Shown piece by piece: positions 1 to 11,889 of a stretch of DNA of 64,000 bases. This DNA is from Zancudomyces culisetae HAW-14-8 (taxonomy: Eukaryota; Fungi; Kickxellomycota), in assembly GCA_052426225.1 (NCBI GenBank), contig JBNJNM010000013.1, positions 1,998,246 to 2,062,245 on the forward strand, written 5' to 3'. The first letter of the stretch is position 1. Every line of letters starts with the position of its first letter. The position numbers were made by a program, and so were the translations under genes. A model generated the notes under the pieces. That model was not told the DNA's origin, made no database searches, and saw only the letters and a list, made by a program, of their open reading frames with translations.

Positions 1-260
1 AGTAAATTGGATCACCCATTTATAAAATAGTAGTTTTTATCGAAAAAATAAAGCCGATGGCTCTAATCAGTAAGTGCAAAGTTCTATTGACACTAGTCCA
101 GAGGCGAACCAAGCAACAAAAAATAATAAAATGACCATACAAAGTAATTAGGTGCTGAAAAACCAATGAGAATGAAGAGTACTCATGCGCAATACCTTTT
201 TTCAGGATTTTTGAATGTTTGTAACGTTAGAAAATTCTAGATGTATGACGTCATAATCTA

Positions 261-1382
261 ATATACTCGGTAGAAGCGCCTAACATAAATAACGTAATCA
301 AGCAGTATGGAAAATCAAAAAAAGTAGGCGCAATTGTAGGTGGGCAAACCTCAGTTAAATCGCCTGAAGTCGAGGCATTTTATGAACACTTACCAGCCGA
401 CGTGAACATAGTAACTATGCATTCACTTCACGGACCAACAGCAGATACAACAGGTCAAACACTGGCAGTAATAAGGTGCAGAAGTACCGAGGAAAAGTAT
501 CAACAGGCAGTAAAGATCTTGGAATGCTTAGAGTCAGAAATGTTATTTATATCACCCGAGGAGCACGATAAGTTTACTGCAAACACACAAACTTTAACAC
601 ATATATGTTATCTAAGTCTGGGAACCGCATGGAAAACCCAAAAAAGCTATCCTTGGGATAACCCACAGTTCAACCACCTTGTAGATAATGTAAAAATAAG
701 CATAGCGCTCCATATATATGGAAGTAAATCACATGTATATTCTGGGCTGGCAATCATGAACCCAATGGCAAAGCCACAACTTAACAGCTATGTCGATGCT
801 ATTACGATGCTTTATAAAATGATGGTTGAGGGACAGAAGGAGAAATTTACAGAGCTTATTATGGCAACCAAGAAAACTATTTTTGAACGAGCGAAAAAAG
901 ATCCTCAAAAACGGATTTTGTTGCTATTGGATTCTGTGATAGATAAACTGGCAATGCCCAAGGAAGCCAAAATTGATGGGCCTATCCCAAACTCACACCT
1001 ATCGCTCCTTGCAACAGCGGTTTGTTGGTACCAGATGAATATTGATCCATATGAACATTTAGTTTGTCAGACACCTCCATTTCGACTGTGGTTGGGAATT
1101 ATCGAATACTTATTCTGCAACGACGATCTTTTGAATGAAAGTATAAACGCTGCGCTGAACGATAAATACACACAAGCTGAGGATCTTGTGTTTTTTGCGT
1201 CGGTACTGGGATGGGAACAATGTATTAACCTACGTAGCTTTGACGGGTATGAAAAGAGATTTAACGAAACCAAGGAGTTTTTCCAACACAGATTGACCGA
1301 GGCTAGAGGGATAAGTTCACTTATTATTGATATTTTGGCCAAGGATAGACTCAAGAGGTTTAATGAGTCGAAAAATAATTGA
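261..1382 (+). CDS. TYR1: Prephenate dehydrogenase (NADP+), 5' end apparently disrupted
   Basis: The frame is open from 249 and reads IYSVEAPNINNVIKQYGKSKKVGAIVGGQTSVKSPEVEAFYEHLPADVNIVTMHSLHGP...EEHDKFTANTQTLTH...PNSHLSLLA...CQTPPFRLWLGIIEYLF, which are fungal Tyr1 motifs. There is an in-frame TGA at 246 and no intact N-terminal GxGxMG motif upstream. Confidence 0.88.
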   Translation: MYSVEAPNINNVIKQYGKSKKVGAIVGGQTSVKSPEVEAFYEHLPADVNIVTMHSLHGPTADTTGQTLAVIRCRSTEEKYQQAVKILECLESEMLFISPEEHDKFTANTQTLTHICYLSLGTAWKTQKSYPWDNPQFNHLVDNVKISIALHIYGSKSHVYSGLAIMNPMAKPQLNSYVDAITMLYKMMVEGQKEKFTELIMATKKTIFERAKKDPQKRILLLLDSVIDKLAMPKEAKIDGPIPNSHLSLLATAVCWYQMNIDPYEHLVCQTPPFRLWLGIIEYLFCNDDLLNESINAALNDKYTQAEDLVFFASVLGWEQCINLRSFDGYEKRFNETKEFFQHRLTEARGISSLIIDILAKDRLKRFNESKNN

Positions 1383-1834
1383 TAAAATATAAACAGTGTT
1401 TCTAATGAGTTTTATTCAGTTGATAGTCTTTAGTGCTATTATATTAATAAAGTGAAGTTTTAAAGTATTAAACATTAAATTGTTTATTGACATGTTTTTA
1501 GAGCTAAGGTATTTGAAAGTTTTGCTGCGGAAGTCGAGGGTGATCTGTTTTACGGTGAATAGTAGACAAATTCTGGAAATAATTCACTCGAACAATGCAT
1601 TAGTATATTAGGTGGCATTACCAAGTGAATGAAAGTGAGTGGAAAGGGATCAATTCCCCAGGCATATATACCTAGCTTTTTTTTTATTTTTTTAAAAATC
1701 ATTTTATTCTTCAAAAAAACAAAAAAACTAACAGTTAATAAAAAACTTGGTTTTAGTTTTTAAGAAAACAAACAGGGGGAAGTATCGAAATAAAGATTTA
1801 ATTCAAGTAACTAATAACTATAAAAAGGACAAAA

Positions 1835-3407
1835 ATGAAGAGAAACCGAGTATTTGGACCAAGATCCGCACTTACTAGCTTTTTAAAGGTATATTTTATA
1901 GTTTTCTTTTAGAATACCCTTCATATACTTGTAAAGGGGGGGGCGGGGTATCATGTTTTCTATATTTTTGTGTGTATGTAAGAATAATTGAATTTATCAA
2001 ATATGTGTTTGTATTAAAATAAAATAGGAGCAGGGAATCACAAATGAAAGCATTCGAGAAAGGTTTCAAGCAAATAATGACGTTTTGGAAGAAGGAGACG
2101 AAGGTCAAAATGAAGAAATCCAACAAATACAAGAAAGCAACAGTGAGAGTGAGAGGGAGGAAGACCAGGAGCAAAATGTCATTGAAAGTGGGGAAACCAG
2201 TGGTGAAGAGGATGTAGAGGAGTCAAGTATTGGAAAGAGAGTAACCCGTAGTAGCAACAGTAAAAGTAAAAACAAGAAAATCAAGATTGATCTAAAGGGG
2301 AGCAAATCCAAGGGAAAAGACTACGAAAGCGATGTGGAAGGAAACAAAAGAAAAAAAAGACTTGGAATTGAATCCTCAAACAGAGATAATGAAGGGTTGA
2401 ACGCCAGTTCAGCGAGAAAGGGTGGTCGCGTTGAGTATTGTTCAATGTGTAAAGCCAAATTCTTGGTACGGGAAGGGTCAATGGATGATAATGGTAAAGG
2501 AAGGATACTATGTCCAACCTGTGACAAATACATGAAAAAATATGAACAAGCGAAACAAAATCACGAGCTAAAAAAGCAAGAAGTTCTAGTTCGTTCTGTG
2601 TCACAGCTTAGAAAAAATATGAGAGCAGCCACAAATACAGCAAAGATAAATAACGGGACAGGAATGAAAAAGATAACTCAGAAAAAGAAGGTGGTCAAAA
2701 CTGAAAACGGATTATTAGAGATAGATTTGGGTATTCCCAGTTTGCAGGATTTATGTGTTAGAGTAATTGGGAAACATATAAAGGATGTCACATCATTTGG
2801 AGATATCTCTTCAGATACCATGAATAAAGTGTGTAGGATTATTAGTAAATACCGGCTTTTGGATAACGACAAACTTCAGCTCTTTTTAATATCAACACAG
2901 GAACAAAGAACAGATTTTGTGTTGTATGAATTACAAATATAGATGGGGGTGGGTTATTGAGATTTTATGATTCTGCTAGTGGAAAACGAATCAAGCGGTT
3001 TTTCACTCATTCATTTGGATTTGGGTGGAGTTTACGATCTTGGTGACAATACTTTAATTTCCATTCTCAGGCATTCTAACTCTACAATATTTGAGTCTAC
3101 ACTCTGTAACCAAACTTTAGCAACTAATGGCCTTTCTGCCTTTTCTGGTACTTTTCTTTTCAGTACAGACGAGGATAATAATAGCAGCAAAGGTAAAAAT
3201 AACACAGACACAAACAATTCTCAACTGAAAACACCACCGACAGTTACTCTTCCAACATGCAAAAACCTACACACACCAAACCTTTCATTTGTAAGGTCTA
3301 CTGATCACTCTGCCATCACCACTCTTTTCTCTAATCGCCCTAGTTTATCTACAATGTTTATGAATAGGAAACCCGAAAGCCATCCCACTAACTTCTTCTT
3401 AGTCTGA
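1835..3407 (+). pseudogene. RAD7: Rad7/Rhp7 nucleotide-excision-repair LRR protein, truncated or broken
   Basis: Exon 1 (1835-1888, MKRNRVFGPRSALTSFLK) and a GT..AG intron (1889-2027) lead into exon 2 from 2028 (EQGITNESIRERF), giving the Rad7 GPxSALTxFL-EQGI motif. A CxxC...CxxC finger and IPSLQDLCVRVI follow. The ORF stops at 2942 where the LRRs should begin, and LRR-like pieces (LIHLDLGGVYDLGDNTL) follow in 2967-3407. Confidence 0.75.
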
Positions 3408-4809
3408 TTGGACACGAACCAGGTAGTTTTTAACCGAGATTTATTGTTCTTCCTACCATGTTGGCCATCTATTAATATGTATAGCATTTTATATTTGGTG
3501 GGTTTCCGAATTTTAGTTATACCTAATAATGTGCTAATTTATTCAAAATTCCTATACAATATCTTAGGTTCCAAAGTAGGTTCCGTAAAAATTAGCGAAC
3601 AAATCTATTCATTTTGGGGTTTATTGAACTGTGGATATGTTAGGTTTCCAAAGTTGAAATTATTTGATGAAAATGATGAAATTCAGTGGAGAATACATTT
3701 AATTGTATTTGGATTAAGATTTATAACAATTACAACTATTAGCTTATTTTTTAATTAAAAAGTTTTATAAAAATATATAGCATATTGTAATTTAGAACAA
3801 GGTTAAAGACTCAGATTTATATAAAATTACTCCAAGCAATTACGACTAGTTGGTATAAAATAACTCGCTTAGTTTGTTAAAAGTCTGTTGGCTATGCATA
3901 TTTTGCTTTACAAAATAGCTTAGGTAACATTTGCTAGAAACCAAAAATAGAGCAAATTCTATGATTTTTAACATTACTTCACGTAGTCCCATCCCGAGGT
4001 TCTATTTTTGTTTATCTTAACAAGGTTCTAATGATATAAAATGAGAATATGAAGAATTTAGTAATCAGACCTAGTCGAAACAGTATTCAGAGCAAAATTA
4101 GGCTGTTGTTGGCGTTTATAAAAACGCCACTTACAGTTGAATGCAAGTAAGCAACTGAACTCGATATTATCATATTAAGCGGAAAGGCTCTTGTTTTAGT
4201 ATGGCATCACATATTTACTTGATAGAGGTGTTCATCTTTATAACTTATGAGGTTTTGCTAAAATATTACTATCTAGAAATAGAATCAGTAGGTCTACATA
4301 AAATTAGACAAATGTGATTGCTATAAGAAATGGGTGATAATGCACTAAAAATATTTAAAATAAGAGATTGTGTAAGCCATGATTAACTATTTGCTAAGAT
4401 TCTTTCAAATCATTAGATCGGCCAACGGAACAAGTCTTTTTAAATAAAGTGTTAGAGGTCATTACGTTTATGTCAATTAGTTACATAATAAATTTTAATA
4501 TAATGAACTTTTCATCTCTCCGAATCTAAAAAAAGATTTACTTTTCTATACTATTTATATTCACAACTGAAAACAGAAAGATCTAAATATACACTAAACA
4601 GGACTGTAGTTGTTATGGTTAATTTTTTTTAAAAAAGACACGAGAAATGTGTAGGAATTAAAATAAAATTAATACGAAGTAGTATATTACAGAAAGTTGT
4701 ATATAAATCAACGCTATCTACCGATAAACACAATCACAATTCATAGTCATCAATAAATACATCTACTATTAATACATCTTTAACTGCAAAAATAAATTAA
4801 AAAATAAAA

Positions 4810-7632
4810 ATGAGACCAAGTGTATATACTGCATCCATATCATTGATAGTAGCTAATCTGCTCTCACCAATAGTGGGAGCATCCACATCGGCTGGAACTG
4901 GAAATGTTAACTGTTCTGATTCGATCAGCCAAATCGAGATTGCACAAGGATCTGGCGATAATTCAGTTATCAAATACAATTGGGATAGCGCTATTGACGT
5001 TTCTTGCTCATCTCAGGACTATCATGTTACATTTGATGTCGATCAAACTTCGGATATATATTTTGCAATTAGCACACAAAAATCTTTGCTTACTGGTGAG
5101 GAGGTCATTGAAGGTGTAATCGGTGTAAATACTGGTTCATGGTATGTTGGATCTTCGGTATATGTCGCACAAACAGATATCGCCTCAGGAGCAGCGGATA
5201 CTCAAAAAGTATATGTTCAGGTTAGTAGTTCAGGTATTGGAATTGGGTTGGTAGGAAGTAGCAAACCAATTTTGACAATTTCACCAGCAGATTATGATGC
5301 CAGCGCATTCATTAACTCATATGATGTATGGCTTGCATTCGGTGCCGAGAGGGATTCAGCCAAAATCCAAAATATAGAGTATAACTGTAATGATTCTACT
5401 TGTGAAAACCCATCATCAACCAGCTCAACACCATCAACCTCATCAACACCATCAACATCATCAACACCATCAACCAGCTCAACACCATCAACACCATCAA
5501 CACCATCAACACCATCAACATCATCAACCAGCTCCACTTCATCAACCAGCTCAACACCATCAACACCATCAACATCATCAACCAGCTCCACTCCATCAAC
5601 CAGCTCAACCCCATCAACCAGCTCAACCCCATCAACCAGCTCAACCCCATCAACCAGCTCAACCAGCTCAACCAGCTCAACACCATCAACATCATCAACA
5701 CCATCAACATCATCAACTCCATCAACCAGCTCAACACCATCAACCAGCTCAACATCATCAACCAGCTCCACTTCATCAACCAGCTCAACACCATCAACAC
5801 CATCAACATCATCAACCAGCTCCACTTCATCAACCAGCTCAACACCATCAACACCATCAACATCATCAACCAGCTCCACTCCATCAACCAGCTCAACCCC
5901 ATCAACCAGCTCAACCCCATCAACCAGCTCAACCAGCTCAACCAGCTCAACACCATCAACATCATCAACACCATCAACATCATCAACTCCATCAACCAGC
6001 TCAACCCCATCAACCAGCTCAACACCATCAACCAGCTCAACACCATCAACCAGCTCAACTAGTTCAACCAGCTCAACACCATCAACCAGCTCAACACCAT
6101 CAACCAGCTCAACACCATCAACCAGCTCAACACCATCAACCAGCTCAACCCCATCAACCAGCTCAACACCATCAACACCATCAACATCATCAACCAGCTC
6201 CACTCCATCAACCAGCTCAACCTCATCAACCAGCTCAACTAGTTCAACCAGCTCAACACCATCAACCAGCTCAACTAGTTCAACCAGCTCAACTCCATCA
6301 ACCAGCTCAACCCCATCAACCAGCTCAACCCCATCAACCAGCTCAACACCATCAACATCATCAACCAGCTCAACCCCATCAACCAGCTCAACACCATCAA
6401 CACCATCAACACCATCAACCAGCTCAACACCATCAACCAGCTCAACACCATCAACCAGCTCAACCAGCTCAACTAGTTCAATCAGCTCAACACCATCAAC
6501 ATCACCAACCAGCTCAACACCATCAACCAGCTCCACTCCATCAACCAGCTCAACTAGTTCAACCAGCTCAACCCCATCAACCAGCTCAACCCCATCAACC
6601 AGTTCAACCAGCTCAACCAGCTCAACCAGCTCAACCAGCTCAACCAGCTCAACCCCATCAACACCATCAACATCATCAACCAGCTCAACCCCATCAACCA
6701 GCTCAACCCCATCAACCAGCTCAACTAGTTCAACCAGCTCAACACCATCAACCAGCTCAACTAGTTCAACCAGCTCAACCCCATCAACCAGCTCAACACC
6801 ATCAACCAGCTCAACCCCATCAACCAGCTCAACACCATCAACACCATCAACATCATCAACCAGCTCCACTCCATCAACCAGCTCAACCTCATCAACCAGC
6901 TCAACTAGTTCAACCAGCTCAACACCATCAACCAGCTCAACTAGTTCAACCAGCTCAACTCCATCAACCAGCTCAACCCCATCAACCAGCTCAACCCCAT
7001 CAACCAGCTCAACACCATCAACATCATCAACCAGCTCAACCCCATCAACCAGCTCAACACCATCAACACCATCAACACCATCAACCAGCTCAACACCATC
7101 AACCAGCTCAACCTCATCAACCTCATCAACACCATCAACCAGCTCAACACCATCAACCTGTGCTTCCACCTCTGTCGGTCCTAATTCTATTGTATCATCC
7201 ACTAGCAAAAACAAAGACTACGATTTTGCGCATGCTCTTACAATTCCATGTGATACAAGCGACTTTGAGTTTACTGCTAGCGTCTCAACCACATCTGATT
7301 TCTTTGTTGCTCTTATGGACAGCGGCGGGTACTACAGTTCTAATGGTGTAATAGAAGCACAATTTGGTTTATCATCTGGCATCAGTTCCATCAAGAAGGG
7401 TAAATACGCTTTGGTTAAACGAAGCAAAGTTTTCACAAGAGCCGACTTACAAGACATCAAGATTGTTAGCAAGAACTCTCAGCTCCAAATATTTATCAAC
7501 AATGCGCTCAAGTCCACATATAAGGTTTCCAACTTTAACATGACTTCATTGGCCATGGCATCATTCAAAGGCACTGCATCTGTTTTCAACCCAACATTCT
7601 CTTGCCAGAGTATTTCTAATTGTAGCAACTAG
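4810..7632 (+). CDS. Secreted Ser/Thr/Pro-rich mucin-like protein with two homologous Cys-containing globular domains
   Basis: 940-aa ORF with a hydrophobic signal peptide, an N-domain, ~580 aa of STP/STS tripeptides and a C-domain. A TATA-like sequence lies near 4702. No GPI tail is visible. Confidence 0.9.
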   Translation: MRPSVYTASISLIVANLLSPIVGASTSAGTGNVNCSDSISQIEIAQGSGDNSVIKYNWDSAIDVSCSSQDYHVTFDVDQTSDIYFAISTQKSLLTGEEVIEGVIGVNTGSWYVGSSVYVAQTDIASGAADTQKVYVQVSSSGIGIGLVGSSKPILTISPADYDASAFINSYDVWLAFGAERDSAKIQNIEYNCNDSTCENPSSTSSTPSTSSTPSTSSTPSTSSTPSTPSTPSTPSTSSTSSTSSTSSTPSTPSTSSTSSTPSTSSTPSTSSTPSTSSTPSTSSTSSTSSTPSTSSTPSTSSTPSTSSTPSTSSTSSTSSTSSTSSTPSTPSTSSTSSTSSTSSTPSTPSTSSTSSTPSTSSTPSTSSTPSTSSTSSTSSTPSTSSTPSTSSTPSTSSTPSTSSTPSTSSTPSTSSTSSTSSTPSTSSTPSTSSTPSTSSTPSTSSTPSTSSTPSTPSTSSTSSTPSTSSTSSTSSTSSTSSTPSTSSTSSTSSTPSTSSTPSTSSTPSTSSTPSTSSTSSTPSTSSTPSTPSTPSTSSTPSTSSTPSTSSTSSTSSISSTPSTSPTSSTPSTSSTPSTSSTSSTSSTPSTSSTPSTSSTSSTSSTSSTSSTSSTPSTPSTSSTSSTPSTSSTPSTSSTSSTSSTPSTSSTSSTSSTPSTSSTPSTSSTPSTSSTPSTPSTSSTSSTPSTSSTSSTSSTSSTSSTPSTSSTSSTSSTPSTSSTPSTSSTPSTSSTPSTSSTSSTPSTSSTPSTPSTPSTSSTPSTSSTSSTSSTPSTSSTPSTCASTSVGPNSIVSSTSKNKDYDFAHALTIPCDTSDFEFTASVSTTSDFFVALMDSGGYYSSNGVIEAQFGLSSGISSIKKGKYALVKRSKVFTRADLQDIKIVSKNSQLQIFINNALKSTYKVSNFNMTSLAMASFKGTASVFNPTFSCQSISNCSN
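5411..7158 (+). repeat. Coding 9-bp minisatellite (CCATCAACM / AGCTCAACH) with higher-order duplicated blocks
   Basis: Uninterrupted 9-nt periodicity encoding Ser-Thr-X. Confidence 0.97.
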
Positions 7633-9579
7633 GTTTGTTTAATATTTTTTTTTGGTTACTAGGTTTTGAAAATTCCATTTTGATAAATTTTAGTAGCAAA
7701 TCAATTGATTTTCTAATATTCAGCTTATCTACTTATTAGTATACGGAATGCTTCAGACTTTGGAGAAACAAATAATAATTGAATGAAAAATGACGAGATA
7801 GAGCATTCAAGAATATATCACAGTATCAACACATTCAAATTCAAGACCAAATCTTATACTGATTTAAGCACATGAAACTTGAGAGAATGGGTAGTTAGAA
7901 ATACCTCTTAAACCGGAGTCACATATATGTTTAATACACATTGAAAGAAGAAAAGTTCAAAATTGTATCTTTAGTCGAGCTGCGAACAGCAATATTTTTA
8001 AATGTAGTCTTAGAACGAGAATTATTATCTGGATCAATTATGAGCATAGATTTCATTGATCCAACAACCAATGAGCAAGGCTTACATAGCGGAATAATAA
8101 GGTGTTGATTGATAGAGTTAATAAGAGTTATGCCCTGCAAATTTGTACTTTATTTGCATAGTAATTCATTGCTGACAAAGAATAGATACTGTTGTCCCGT
8201 GATGCTAGAACGCATTAAGGCCATATTTTTTTGCGTAGTTTCACATCATCTAACAATATTGATGTTTAAATTGACCTACTAAACTTTTTCAATTTTACTT
8301 CATTTATGCTAAAATACTAGGCTAATTGAACCGAAAAATGTGTTTTTTGCATCTCGATAACTCAAAATACATATGTCTTCTCATCATTTATGGTACAGTT
8401 TACACTTTTTTTTAAGTTCTAATTATTTATATAATCAAGCTTAATAGATAAATTATAAGCTATTGATATCATCAACATACAAATATGTCGTGTATTCTTC
8501 ATAGTTTAATGTTGAGTTAAGTCATATCCATTTTTCTGAATATATTTATAACAGAATGAATTTGAAATTTAATTTGTTAGCTTTGATTATAAAGCGTGTA
8601 ACTTGCATTGACTGATTGTCTATTAGTATGTCCCCTATATTGGACCGCCGATTAATATTAGAGGATGGAGGTAATGGTCGAGACATTATCACTTTGGTTC
8701 CGAATTTCAATGTAATTATTTGCTAAAATAAAAAAATCAACACACTTTTTTTCAAAAGAGCAGAAATACAGGTGACTCTGTGTTTTGATTCGTTCATGGA
8801 ATCATGTCTTTTTGTTATATATAATTTTTCTGGTGCACCTATATTAGTGCAACACTTTTTCTATATTTAACTCGATTCCAAAAATAATATATCGCCTCTA
8901 GAATATTTAATAATGCGTTGTGTGTAAACTATTTCATTTACAAAACTATCTTCCCTAAACGAAGAATTTTGTGCAATTTTAATATATAAAATGTATTGCA
9001 AATTGAGTACCCGGATTTTAAATCACCATAGTTCTGAAACCGGAGGGTATTGACCGAATAAAAAAATCTGTTTGATTGTATTAGATAATAATTATAAAAT
9101 TTGCTTATTTTTGTTGGAACTTGTAGGACAGTCAAAAAAGTGTATAACAACTGTTGAACATGAGTCAACAGAATATCTGAGATAACTCCAAATGCACTTG
9201 TGGTTAAAAAATAAAACCATAAGGTGTCAAAATTAGAATATGTTTTTCAATATATTTTTTAATACACTCGCTCTAGTATCACCTAAATATAGTTCAAAGT
9301 GTAGAATAACAGAATTCTTGTACCATTCTAAAATTAGATTGTTAAATGAACCATTAAAAATGAAATAAGGTCGTCGGTTTAACACTGTGTTAAGAACACT
9401 GTAAAAGGTGAACTAGGATGAGGGAAAGGTATAAAAGATTCAAAATATCGTTGACAAAAAGAAAAATTATCAACTATTGAAGTTTCTTCAAGTATAATCC
9501 AAATTAAAAGCATAGTCATTATAATTTATAATAAGTGCATTAGCTACATACAACGCTCATTTTATACTAAATATCAAAA

Positions 9580-10038
9580 ATGGTAAAGTCAACACTCGCA
9601 CTCCTCACAGCCACAGTTGCCACAGTATCAGTAAATGCTGCAGTTGCCCCAAGACCAAGAGCAAATGTTGGTCCTATGCAACCACCAATGGGACAAGTCC
9701 AGAACTTTGGAAGATATGCTCCACCTACTCGCCCTGCATTTAACAGACGCTTTGCTACACCAGCCTACCGCAAACGTGCTGACGAAGAGGAAGATGCCCC
9801 AGCAGAAAATGCTAGCGCAACTACTGATGCCACCCAAACTGCTGATGCTGTTACATCTGATGACAGCTCTGCGCTAACTGTTGATGGTTCAGCAGATGGA
9901 AACAGTACAGGAAATGGAACTGATGACCGTTGGTGGTGGGGGGGATACTACGGGTACCCATATTACGGCGGATACTACGGCTATGGCTATGGCTACGGAT
10001 ACCCATACTATGGCGGATATTACGGATACTACTGGTAA
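9580..10038 (+). CDS. Secreted Gly/Tyr-rich prepropeptide (copy 1)
   Basis: Signal peptide MVKSTLALL..VNA, Pro/Arg-rich segment ending in KR, acidic spacer, and C-terminal WWWGGYYGYPYYGGYYG... TATA near 9430. Paralogue at 31362-31766. Confidence 0.88.
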   Translation: MVKSTLALLTATVATVSVNAAVAPRPRANVGPMQPPMGQVQNFGRYAPPTRPAFNRRFATPAYRKRADEEEDAPAENASATTDATQTADAVTSDDSSALTVDGSADGNSTGNGTDDRWWWGGYYGYPYYGGYYGYGYGYGYPYYGGYYGYYW

Positions 10039-10769
10039 TTTGTCACATCCGAATCTCATCTTATTCCATTTGTTCCTATAACATCGAGTTTGTAGGATTT
10101 AATTTTATTTAATTTTGTTTAAATAAAATATCCGGTAAATTTATACTAGAGGTTCAGATCCTACCCATGTATATCAGTCAGATCCTAATCAACATTTGAA
10201 TTTAAAGCAAAGTCGTAGTTTGTAGTTTAAAAATTATCCTACATTCGGATTTATCAATAATATTTAAGCTATTAGTATCTGTAAAGAAAGAATTAATAAC
10301 TTGTATCGACTGAGTATAAAACTTACTTTGAACGAGCTTTAAGTGTGTATGAGACATTAAAATGATAAAGATATAATTGTTATTCATTTTTCTAAAGAAT
10401 TATTTACCTTTGGACTATAAATATTTACATACTCGATTTGGCAACATGGTTTTTAATTTTAAATTATATACATAAGGTTAATGTGCAAAGAGATACTTTA
10501 TTCAAACTTGACGCTTTATCCAAACGTTAGATTATTTTACATTTAAATTACTTTTTTGAATAGTAAAGCATGGGCACGTGTTCTAAACAATTTATATAGT
10601 TTTTGATAAATATCATTTCTTTCCAACATACGTGGTTTAAACGGTAAATACCATATCAATATAAAAAAGTAAAAATATATATAACAAGGAGTATCCATTT
10701 AAACCTAGTGAATGAATATTGGGTCTTATTGAGATATTCTTGAAAAATATACATGGCTAATTTTAAAAA

Positions 10770-11200
10770 TCAAGCGTTTACTGTATACGTACTACTACAG
10801 TAGTTTTTTCTACATACCAAAATTCCTTCTGATCTAATAGTGAGATTAAGAAATTGCCCTAAGGTACCCTGTTTGACGTTATAATAACTAATTTTTCTTA
10901 TCTGAAAGTCGTTTAATACACCAGAAAAATAGTATCTTGAAATCACTAAAATACCAAGGTATATCGAGAGGTTTCTTAGTGGTAATAATCTTATACGTGC
11001 AGGGTTTGAGTAGCTGGTAGAAGCAGATGGCATATGTGTAACCTACGCACATTTGTAAGCTTTTTTGATTTTAGGGAGAGTTTGTAAGCAGATTTCTCTA
11101 GTCTAGTCTGGTCAAGTATCTTGTGTTCTATGATATAAGATCTAAATAACACAATTACTTGGTAAACTGTATTCTTGCTGGAAACTATAAATATTCGCAA
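10770..11200 (-). pseudogene. Relic of the small Cys-containing secreted family (30363-type)
   Basis: TQTLHV then YFSGVLNDFQIRKISYYNVKQGTLGQFLNLTIRSEGILVCRKNYCSSTYTVNA aligns to the 30363 protein. It has stops and frameshifts, and the start codon is TTG rather than ATG. Confidence 0.8.
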
Positions 11201-11212
11201 TAATGAATTCCA

Positions 11213-11889
11213 TGTTATTTATTATGATAACAACCAAAAATAGGAATAAATTTCCAATCACAAAATAAAGAAAATATTCAGATCAAAAATCTTAAAAAAT
11301 TTATAATGGAATAAGAATAGAAAAAGTGTTTAATATTATCAGTATATTTAATATAGCTAAAAATTATTTAATTGACCAAGGAAAATGAGACTGGCTATGT
11401 GGACGACTACAAACTTATTATGAAGTAATAACGGATATAATAAACATTTATAGGTAAGTTTTATAATAGTTTTAACTGTAGCAAATAGCAATATCAAAAG
11501 CAGGAAAAATTTCATTAGGAGTCTCTTTAACTCTTTTGGTGATTATAAATAATATTGTAAACAAGGAATCTGCTTAAAAAAATGTTGATTAAAGAATTAC
11601 AAGCTATAAGAACAATAACAAGGCTAATTTTGAAAGTTAAAAACAATATTTTTGAATTACTAAAATCTCAATTTCAGGTCATATAAAGCAACTTCGTTAT
11701 GCAATTATCCGAAATTTTTGGGATAATGGACATTACTCTTCCGAAAGAGACAGATCAGATGTCTCATCCATAGATGTAAAATATGCATTGTCACGTGACC
11801 AATTAAAGATACTGAAGAAGTAATAAGCAGAAGCTTCTATCTGTCAGAAACCCGACCAACAAACGAGATCTGCCTGATCGCATCCGATA
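11213..11889 (+). mobile_element. Degenerate ~700-bp TG..CA element (solo-LTR-like family X, copy 1)
   Basis: Shares aaaatctc and a translated SG...LR...DNGHYSSERDRSDVSSIDV with the other copies, and ends catccgata. Boundaries are approximate. Confidence 0.5.

Noticed and set aside
3408-3758. 116-aa ORF, plus other short AT-rich ORFs (e.g. 13662, 24073, 32826)
   Set aside because: Low-complexity or non-ATG ORFs with no motifs, as expected by chance.
5411-7158. CRISPR-like array or antifreeze glycoprotein
   Set aside because: There are no unique spacers and the context is eukaryotic. The repeat is Ser-Thr-X rather than Thr-Ala-Ala and lacks cleavable spacers.
5292-7351. Long His/Gln-rich (+) and Val/Asp/Glu-rich (-) ORFs
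   Set aside because: These are alternative frames of the stop-free 9-bp repeat. Only 4810-7632 has a signal peptide and flanking domains.
7900-8150. Possible integrase relic (SIDFIDP) on the + strand
   Set aside because: Only one weak motif; HHCC and DDE residues are not recoverable.
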